Of a DNA stretch of 17,356 nucleotides, positions 10,201 through 17,356 are shown piece by piece; position 1 is the first letter of the stretch; each line of letters starts with the position of its first letter. The notes under the pieces were generated by a model. It ran no database searches and had not been told where the DNA came from. It saw nothing but the letters and a program-made list of their open reading frames with translations. A program made the translations under genes and the position numbers. The DNA is from Ginkgo biloba (Eukaryota; Plantae; Ginkgophyta): assembly GCA_024626585.2 (NCBI GenBank), contig JANKJI020000004.1, positions 122,178,132-122,195,487 on the forward strand. The letters run 5' to 3'.

Positions 10201-13200
10201 TTACATTGTTTGCTGATATTAATTCCTTGAACAAGCTTCATTGTCTTTTCAGAGTTGTTGTCTTAGATTGGCAGAGTGACAAATGGCTATCTTGCAAAAG
10301 GGTTAAGTGTTAATGACCCTTCTCTCTGTACTGAACTGCTATGCATCTCCCTTACTAGCTCTAAAGACTGGTGTATGGAAAGGATTCCTTGATACAGAAA
10401 GAAGTCCCAAAAAGGGACATTTCTCTTCAGGTAGGTAGTGTTTTTAGGCCCACTGAATACGGATCTCTAGGATAAAATAATTGGACCTTCATCAGAAATC
10501 TGCAGTATTTAAGTTGGCTTTAGAGACCCATTCTATCTGTAAGCCAGTAGGGCATCTGTTGTTTTCAAATATAGGAAGAACCCAACAATGTGGATAATTT
10601 GTGAGGAAAGCCCATTAGGGTCTTCACCGTTGACCTAGTCCATAATTTTGCCTTATATATTTGGCACTTATTTGAACTTGAAGCACATCACANNNNNNNN
10701 NNNNNNNNNNNNNNNNNNNNNNNNNNNNNNNNNNNNNNNNNNNNNNNNNNNNNNNNNNNNNNNNNNNNNNNNNNNNNNNNNNNNNNNNNNNNACAATTAG
10801 AAAACCATGGTCTATAAACATATTTAACAATATAGATTTGATTTCCAAGCACATCACAACTAGAGAAAACATGGTCTATAAACATATTAAGCAAATAAAT
10901 ATCATGGTTTCCTAACACTCTCTACTTCCACTAAATGGATCTAGATATTGCACAGTGCTAAAATCTTTTTCTTTTACTTATAAACAGACTGAACATTTCA
11001 GGATGTACCTGTGCAATAGGAAAACAGCTGGCATACCTTTGCTGGAACCATTTTCACTATTTTTGGTGTAGGGTTCATGTATGTGAACCTGCATCACAAA
11101 ATAAACAGCAAACAAAATGTCAAATGGCAACACCTCTTATCATATCATATTCACATTCAAAACATTCCACTGAGGAGTTTCCCCACTTACACGATAAGAG
11201 GCAGCATGAGAAGAATCACCCCCTCTAAAGATGATCTTAAAAGCATCTCTCAATGTTTGCAGTCTGCATGTAGTGCCCTTTGCCTTTGGTTGTATTGGTA
11301 CAGAGCTCAAGTTTACTTCTAAACACATTGAAGTTAATTGCAGTGAGGCTTTTAGAGCCTTTGTAAAGAGCTCTCATCTATTAAACAGAAGACTTATGAA
11401 TAACAAACTGTATATCTCAGATGAAATAAAACACTCTTTACATTCAAGCAAATCAAAATGTTTTAGAAATTCCACAAGGTTTTCTCTGTTCCGATCTACA
11501 AACGCTTTAAAGACTAAAAACGTGTTTGGTAACTGAGGGCCAAAAATTTAATGTCCATACTGCAACACAACAAATTGAAATAGAAATAAATTAGAGCTAA
11601 TGCATACTGCACAAATGTGCAATTATCTAAGAAGAGAAACGCCATCAAGATGGGGAAGTATCTTCCACTAGAATGTTATTTAAACTCACCATCTTCAAGA
11701 AGACTTGCTGCATGATCAATTGTATCAATAAGCATGCTTGCAGTTTCAGTTGTGATATTAAGATCAGAAAAAAATTCAAAAATATAAGGTCCAGGCCGAG
11801 TGAAACCCAACTCTTCTGACTGAATCGGCACTTCATTGATTCGCTTTTCTAGCTTGAGTAAAAGTGCTGCAAATATTTTCAAGATAGATCAGATACAAAT
11901 AAGCTCCACGTTATTAAACTAACCAACAATGTTCAGTATAGTTATATTTTCTACAAAGCTAGTTCTTCAGCTCTGTTAAAGAGAGAAGAACCAGGCTCNN
12001 NNNNNNNNNNNNNNNNNNNNNNNNNNNNNNNNNNNNNNNNNNNNNNNNNNNNNNNNNNNNNNNNNNNNNNNNNNNNNNNNNNNNNNNNNNNNNNNNNNNN
12101 NNNNNNNNNNNNNNNNNNNNNNNNNNNNNNNNNNNNNNNNNNNNNNNNNNNNNNNNNNNNNNNNNNNNNNNNNNNNNNNNNNNNNNNNNNNNNNNNNNNN
12201 NNNNNNNNNNNNNNNNNNNNNNNNNNNNNNNNNNNNNNNNNNNNNNNNNNNNNNNNNNNNNNNNNNNNNNNNNNNNNNNNNNNNNNNNNNNNNNNNNNNN
12301 NNNNNNNNNNNNNNNNNNNNNNNNNNNNNNNNNNNNNNNNNNNNNNNNNNNNNNNNNNNNNNNNNNNNNNNNNNNNNNNNNNNNNNNNNNNNNNNNNNNN
12401 NNNNNNNNNNNNNNNNNNNNNNNNNNNNNNNNNNNNNNNNNNNNNNNNNNNNNNNNNNNNNNNNNNNNNNNNNNNNNNNNNNNNNNNNNNNNNNNNNNNN
12501 NNNNNNNNNNNNNNNNNNNNNNNNNNNNNNNNNNNNNNNNNNNNNNNNNNNNNNNNNNNNNNNNNNNNNNNNNNNNNNNNNNNNNNNNNNNNNNNNNNNN
12601 NNNNNNNNNNNNNNNNNNNNNNNNNNNNNNNNNNNNNNNNNNNNNNNNNACACCTGCAACATTAATAAGTTATTGGCATATAAAAACCATGATATCCTAA
12701 AAAGAATATTCTTGAGCTTTCATTTGCTAGATTTTATTCAGTTTCAGAAGGCCAACCACCCTATGGAGTTACCAAAGTCTAGGTAACTGCCAAAAAAGAT
12801 ATGCGTTAGAATACATACGGGCCTTGGGTCCTGCCAATGCTGACCAAATCTTCAATATCAAAGGGCTCATCTCCAAGTTCTGGATGGCCCTTGAGATAAT
12901 CTAAAAAAGAAAAAATAGAGATAGGTCAACTGAAATGCCCTAGAAGGACAGCTTAATTTCAGTTTAATAGCAGTCCAAATGAAAGTCAAACCAATGTTTC
13001 AAGTTTGAGAATGAATTCTTAAGTTTTTCATTTCGATTCAAAAGAGCTGTTTCCCCCTGCATACTATTCTTTAAAATCCAAGTTATGAATGATACACAGA
13101 GACAGGCATTGAATGCACTAAATGCACTAACCACAAAAGGTAATCAATCTAGGTTTCTAGATGAGGTCTGAGCCTGTGCCTGTATCTCAAGGAAACAGCA

Positions 13201-13850
13201 ATAGTTACCACAAGAACTAGCCTCACACCCAAATTCAACTTTTTTTCCCCTTGAGGAGGTAAGCATCAGTCACTGGTCAGTAACCAACATTTGAACAATA
13301 ATTTTCAGGATACAGAGCTTCCACTCGTATTTCATGGGAAGTTCTAATGTGTAACAGTTGTATATATTTATCTCTATCTGGATCAGATAAGCATATGAAA
13401 ATCAAATAAAAAACATTAAATCAGAATCTGAATCCTCAAGCCATAAATGAGAACTGAATGCAGGTATAACAAACATAAAACCACACACATGCTTACAAAT
13501 GATGTAATTTGAACCAAATGAAACCAATATCGCTAAAAGGACAAGTATGCCAATATACTTAAACCTTAGTTCAGCATAAACCTTTGACAAAAGACAAACT
13601 GCATGAAAGTCATTCTGGCAACTGTATAGGAGTATATTTTTATTTAGCATATCATACATCATTGTTTTATAAGCATGTCGGACTCATAAGCTTTCAGAAA
13701 TCTGAAAAAAAATAAAAGGGAAATGACCATACCAGTAACACGATTTTGATGATAGCAAGAACGTGACCTGCAAAGTGAACGGCATGCATTATTTTGGGCT
13801 CTCCCGCGCATGGTTCTTACGTCACTGTGAATACACATTTGTTCTCGCGA
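4200..13850 (-). CDS. RTEL1: Regulator of telomere elongation helicase 1 (RTEL1), multi-exon, partial (both ends outside the window or hidden in gaps)
   Basis: Exons spliced by hand at GT-AG sites give SREQMCIH...[19 protein letters not shown] / [20 protein letters not shown] / GPC / LLLKLEKRI...[11 protein letters not shown] / LSWWCFNPG...[11 protein letters not shown] / RLENPHVI / [12 protein letters not shown] / [16 protein letters not shown] / [11 protein letters not shown]. These are collinear with plant RTEL1 as I recall it (Arabidopsis [48 protein letters not shown]). Splice phases agree at all visible junctions except 4613/4500. Confidence 0.95.
4412..4500 (-). CDS. RTEL1: RTEL1 exon (5' boundary ambiguous; see frameshift finding)
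   Basis: Encodes [29 protein letters not shown] (4498-4412). Donor GAG|GTTGGC. The obvious CTCAG acceptor at 4501 is out of phase with the upstream GTGAGT donor. Confidence 0.88.
4613..4704 (-). CDS. RTEL1: RTEL1 exon containing helicase motif IV (FFPSY)
   Basis: TTTTTTTTACAG acceptor. Encodes (V)[30 protein letters not shown]. Donor GTG|GTGAGT. 92 nt. Confidence 0.95.
4853..5007 (-). CDS. RTEL1: RTEL1 exon
   Basis: CAACAG acceptor. Encodes [51 protein letters not shown]. Donor G|GTAATT. 155 nt. Confidence 0.96.
5154..5295 (-). CDS. RTEL1: RTEL1 exon containing helicase motif III (TSGTL)
   Basis: TAG acceptor at 5296-5298. Encodes (G)[46 protein letters not shown](L). Donor TT|GTATGT. 142 nt. 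Confidence 0.96.
7418..7440. repeat. (ATTG)5 microsatellite
   Basis: ATTGATTGATTGATTGATTGATT read directly. Confidence 0.9.
9956..10199 (+). repeat. 33-bp direct repeat (29/33 identical)
   Basis: AGGGCTATGCTTCTAGACACTTTTCTCCATCAA (9956-9988) versus AGGGCTATGCTTCTATCTACTTTTATCCATCAA (10167-10199). Confidence 0.85.
10681..10912. repeat. ~64-bp tandem repeat (minisatellite) spanning a 100-N gap
   Basis: CATGGTCTATAAACATATT at 10806 and 10870. AAGCACATCACA at 10681 and 10847. Confidence 0.85.
11037..11088 (-). CDS. RTEL1: RTEL1 small exon
   Basis: TGCAG acceptor. Encodes [17 protein letters not shown]+G. Donor AAG|GTATGC. 52 nt. Continues YR|VH as in homologs and is phase-matched to the exon at 5295. 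Confidence 0.9.
11191..11318 (-). CDS. RTEL1: RTEL1 exon
   Basis: GTTTAG acceptor. Encodes (E)[42 protein letters not shown]. Donor CGT|GTAAGT. 128 nt. Confidence 0.92.
11690..11866 (-). CDS. RTEL1: RTEL1 exon (arch-domain region)
   Basis: TTTGCAG acceptor. Encodes (A)[58 protein letters not shown]. Donor G|GTGAGT. 177 nt, within ORF 11676..11882. Confidence 0.95.
11999..12653 (-). CDS. RTEL1: RTEL1 exon(s) almost entirely hidden in a 651-N gap (expected CPYY...FAPYNY...DEAH region)
   Basis: TTGCAG|GTGT at 12653-12650 completes CC+G (Pro) then TGT (Cys, the fourth Fe-S ligand) just before the Ns. About 100 conserved residues are missing between this point and the 11866 exon, which fits the gap. 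Internal boundaries cannot be seen. Confidence 0.7.
12819..12900 (-). CDS. RTEL1: RTEL1 exon
   Basis: Pyrimidine tract and TAG acceptor at 12901-12903. Encodes (D)[26 protein letters not shown](P). Donor CC|GTATGT. 82 nt, phase 1 to 2. Confidence 0.95.
13733..13850 (-). CDS. RTEL1: RTEL1 exon (5' end hidden in gap 13851-13930), Fe-S domain
   Basis: Translates [39 protein letters not shown]+G. Donor G|GTATGG at 13732. Contains three of the four predicted Fe-S ligand cysteines. Not in the ORF track. Confidence 0.93.
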
Positions 13851-14052
13851 NNNNNNNNNNNNNNNNNNNNNNNNNNNNNNNNNNNNNNNNNNNNNNNNNN
13901 NNNNNNNNNNNNNNNNNNNNNNNNNNNNNNAACAAAAAACGGTCTAGAAAACACTGAGACTCACAGAAGCACTTGACTGTAATTCTACAAGAGCAAACAA
14001 ACTTACTGGCAATTGAAACAGGGGGGTTATTAGATTGCATTATAATGCAAAA

Positions 14053-14099
14053 ACATACATACATACATATATATATTATATATATATATATATATATAT
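14053..14099. repeat. Compound (ACAT)4-(AT)n microsatellite
   Basis: ACATACATACATACAT followed by an interrupted AT run. Confidence 0.95.
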
Positions 14100-16409
14100 G
14101 CTTGCTCAAGTAAGGACCTGGTTTTATTTCCACTTTCTGCAAAAGCAAAATAGAAAAAATGTAAATTTCCATATACTGCAGGCACATTATACAAAACACT
14201 GAATGGAACAAAATGTGGCAAGCCACTCAGTTTGAGAAGGCAACCTCCCAACAGGTAATGAATCTTCAACTTCAAATAACATGAGCATGTAAGGGTTCAC
14301 TGGACAAAGTCTCAATGCTTGAAAGTGGGGATTATGACAAAAGGGAAGGCATAGTTTCAGCTCCTGGCATGAACTCACAAAACTCCATCAAAGTATATTA
14401 GAAAAGATGGGGCTGTGCTAGGTACCAACGTGATTTTGACATGATACACATTGTTATGTTCCGTGTTGATAAAACCCTTTATATTCTTAGATATAAAGTG
14501 CAATAGGTCTAAAAAGGTGATACTCTATATTTGCATTAGTATACTTGCTTTTATTTAATAAAAGATTGACATGTTGACATTCAATATACTTTTGAATTGA
14601 ATGGAACAAGATGAAACTCATGTTTCGTTATCACACAAGGGAGAAAATCAGTTATCAAGAAAGACAGAGGTGTTTCCATATGTTTACAAAATTTATGGTG
14701 CTGAAAGATTGAGCAGCTGATGTCAGCTAAGCTCTGTTAAAATTGTTGGGATGAATGGTCTTGTTGTGAAATCATATATGGAATTTTATACTATGAAATA
14801 TATAATGACCTTTGATAAGAGGTGCTATTACACCTCAATCATGATATCCAAACACCACGATTGAGTTGATCATATCTTNNNNNNNNNNNNNNNNNNNNNN
14901 NNNNNNNNNNNNNNNNNNNNNNNNNNNNNNNNNNNNNNNNNNNNNNNNNNNNNNNNNNNNNNNNNNNNNNNNNNNNNNTATTCTTAGGATTTATATGAAA
15001 TATTATAGTTGTATTAACAACTATAAAGTATTACATTAAAAAAGCTAATAGAAGAATTTTTGAGGGGATTTAAAAGATCACATCTTACACTCTTAAAAGA
15101 ATCAATTAAGACCTCAAATCAACTAAAGCCTAGATTTTATATTATCTATAGTTTTTCCTAAGCCTTATAAATATTGTAATCTAACCCTCCTATGGAGATA
15201 ACAATTTTGCAAATCATGTGTGTTGGGCCTTAGATGCCTATGCAGTTAACTTCCGTCATGGAAATGCTCTTTTGAAGGATATGCTGCTTAATGGACTTTA
15301 AGTAGACAGAAGGTGTGCTGATCAGGATGATATTTTAACTAGACTGGCTATTGTATAAGAGATATCCTGACTGTCCAGGCCAATGCTCCCAAGCCAGAGT
15401 GACTTCATGGAAATCCATAGGCAGCCTGATGGCCTGCACACCCAGTCGATGCCCATATGTTGTGCTTATAGCCCTGGCAAGCATTCAGGGAGAACCATCA
15501 AGAACCAAGAGCTGAATTCCCTGGAAAATCTCCGTTGGTCGTGTTTTGAAGACCAAGTTGGTGATTGAGAAGTGAGAAGCAAGTTTGTATGCGGTTGCAA
15601 TGATTGCACTTGTGACTTCTGTTATACATTTGGATTATGTATATGTAGCATTTTCCAGCTGCAGCGGTTTAATCTTCTTTGAGAGGGTGGCCAGTGGGGT
15701 CAAAAGACTAGAGCAATGGTTGGAAGGCTAATCCATTGTGATTTTCCCTACTTGAAAGATAAAGAAATCAGATGAATTTTCACCTCCATTACCTTGTGGT
15801 GGCAGTATCAAGAGAACATGACTACTGTGGTGATACACTCTGTATATTGCAGATCTTGTTTGATAGCAAGACCTAAGAACTCTTGGTGTCAGTGAAGAAT
15901 AGTGGCAGTGACATTTTGTCAAACATTTCATAGGAAGCTTTCCACTGTGCCAAAAATGCCAAGGGGATCAGTGCAGACAGCAATTGAAGGCTGGTGTCCA
16001 AAGCTAGACACAGCAGTGGATGCATTTCCTAAAATGGTTGGTAGGAAGCACACCACCTGAACAAAGTCCTCAATTCAGAAGATCGGTATCAAACCCATTT
16101 TCATACCCCTCAATTTACTAGAGATTGAAACATCAAGTTTGACTCTATTCATAAAAACTATTGTCAATTGCTTTTTCTTGAATATGCTTGTAGTTCTTTC
16201 AAAGGATAACCAGTGCTTAAACATACATGTTGAAATTTGCAACTGAATACCTTAAAATTACATAAAATTCATATGTCAAAATGGGTTCAAAATGGTCTAT
16301 ATGGAAGCTGCTCTGAATCTCATTTGTGAATCTTTAAATGATTCTGAAATCCGAATTCATAGAAGAAAGTTATGCCCATTTTACTGTGTTGCGTCTTCAA
16401 TGAAGATCG

Positions 16410-16650
16410 AGTAGTTTGGTGCCGAATCCCTCCTATATGTTTTCTTAGAAAGATTAAGTAGTTTGGTGTTGAATCACTCCTATATGTTTATAAGGAAGTT
16501 GCAGCAGGTCAGTGCCGAACCCCTTCCCAATTACAGATAATACCCATGAAGGAAAACTTTACCCAATCCACATTGAATCCCCTCCCATAGTTGGGCAACA
16601 AATCCATGTTGCTAGGTTGGCGCCAAATATCTCCTCCTAATTCGGCACCA
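16410..16650 (+). repeat. ~47-bp degenerate tandem repeat (3 clear copies plus weaker ones) with an inverted core copy
   Basis: AGTAGTTTGGTGCCGAATCCCTCCTATATGTTT at 16410, AGTAGTTTGGTGTTGAATCACTCCTATATGTTT at 16457, AGCAGGTCAGTGCCGAACCCCTTCCC at 16503. ATTCGGCACCA at 16640-16650 is the reverse complement of 16417-16427. Confidence 0.8.
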
Positions 16651-16692
16651 CATTGGANNNNNNNNNNNNNNNNNNNNNNNNNNNNNNNNNNN

Positions 16693-17356
16693 CTGGGATA
16701 TCATTATATTATTTGGTTGTTTAACTCTGATGTAATTTGTTTTGTAAGCCCTCTTGTACTAAGCTAGATCAAGCATTTTTTGGGCCTGAAAATTTGGGGA
16801 TGTTATAATTGGTACAAGAGTTTCAATTCATCTTTGAGGACAGAATAGCATCACGGGAAAAAAAAAATCAAAGGAACCCAAGGTCAGAATGGAACATCAA
16901 AAGTGCTATTTAGCTTGTCTAAGCAAGTGGAAAGTTTGGTCCAAACCAATAATTTGTTGATGGATGAGAATGTCCAAATAATGCAACAATTGCAAGGTAG
17001 AAAAAGGCCCTGAGACCAGTGGCCATTCTAATTTAGAAATTAGAGGTGTTAGCCAGATCAAATTTCAAGTATTTAGGGAATACTTATTGAGGAGCATCAT
17101 GGCAATCAACCCAGTACTAGGCTAAAAGGTTCTGGAAGGGAGGTTAGAGGTGGATCTACAGAGCAATATAAAAGATCCAAAGAATGATAGTGGAAGAAGC
17201 ACAATCAGACCTTATATGAGTAATGCCATGCGAGCATAATCAAACAAAGAAAGAGCTCCCACTTTTGATATTGAATCTAATATTCTCTAGTAAGATCATC
17301 AACTATCTAGTTCATAAAAGGGGTCCCACGGTCACTTACTAATTCATGAGGTACAC
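16693..17356 (+). mobile_element. Degenerate Ty3/Gypsy-like LTR retrotransposon: end of 5' LTR, PBS and gag relic
   Basis: GGGGATGTTATA (ending 16807, a decayed ...TGTTACA LTR end) is followed by AT and TGGTACAAGAG (16810-16820, 9/11 to the tRNA-iMet PBS TGGTATCAGAG). Downstream purine-rich sequence with many stops includes AMRA*SNKERAPTFD (17225-17269), resembling the gag PPTFDG motif. Confidence 0.65.

Noticed and set aside
7800-10620. Scattered AAACCCTA/TTAGGG telomere-like words in an intron of a telomere helicase gene
   Set aside because: Single, non-tandem occurrences that are common in plant LTR-element DNA. No interstitial telomeric array.
11443-11495. Possible extra RTEL1 exon (TTTGTAG|ATCGGAAC...GAAT|GTAAAG)
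   Set aside because: Inclusion creates TAA at the next junction, and the flanking exons already join in frame.
11077-11536. Plus-strand ORFs antisense to RTEL1 exons (11077-11322, 11231-11536; also 4790-5065, 5106-5315)
   Set aside because: Shadow frames of real minus-strand exons, with no recognisable product.
14187-14378. ORF containing QELK as the upstream RTEL1 exon (SRTHSQ...ELK)
   Set aside because: No SRTHSQ motif or further similarity. Chance match.
16410-16530. CRISPR-like repeat/spacer periodicity
   Set aside because: Eukaryotic intron, only three degenerate units, ~14-bp spacers and no cas genes. It is an ordinary tandem repeat.

Overview
Gappy, AT-rich land-plant nuclear scaffold. 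The minus strand carries the central part of an intron-rich RTEL1 gene (Fe-S cluster, XPD/Rad3-family DNA helicase). Ten exons are readable between 13850 and 4200, and further coding sequence, including the DEAH box, is inferred inside the N-gap 11999-12649. The 5' exons (Walker A) and the 3' exons (after VCRGK) are not visible. Three long introns (<4200, 5296-11036, >13930) hold decayed transposon-like DNA, including a Ty3/Gypsy LTR-PBS-gag relic at the right end. The most notable feature is a hammerhead ribozyme core (CUGAUGA-GCUC/GAGC-GAAA, 2166-2230, minus strand). It has type I topology with a minimal helix III, and lies just behind a TATA box in a ~410-bp LTR-like unit preceded by a polypurine tract. 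This looks like a retrozyme-like element in sense orientation within a presumed RTEL1 intron. Separately, the strongest splice sites around exon 4412-4500 give a frameshift, which implies a non-consensus splice choice, a real lesion or an assembly error.
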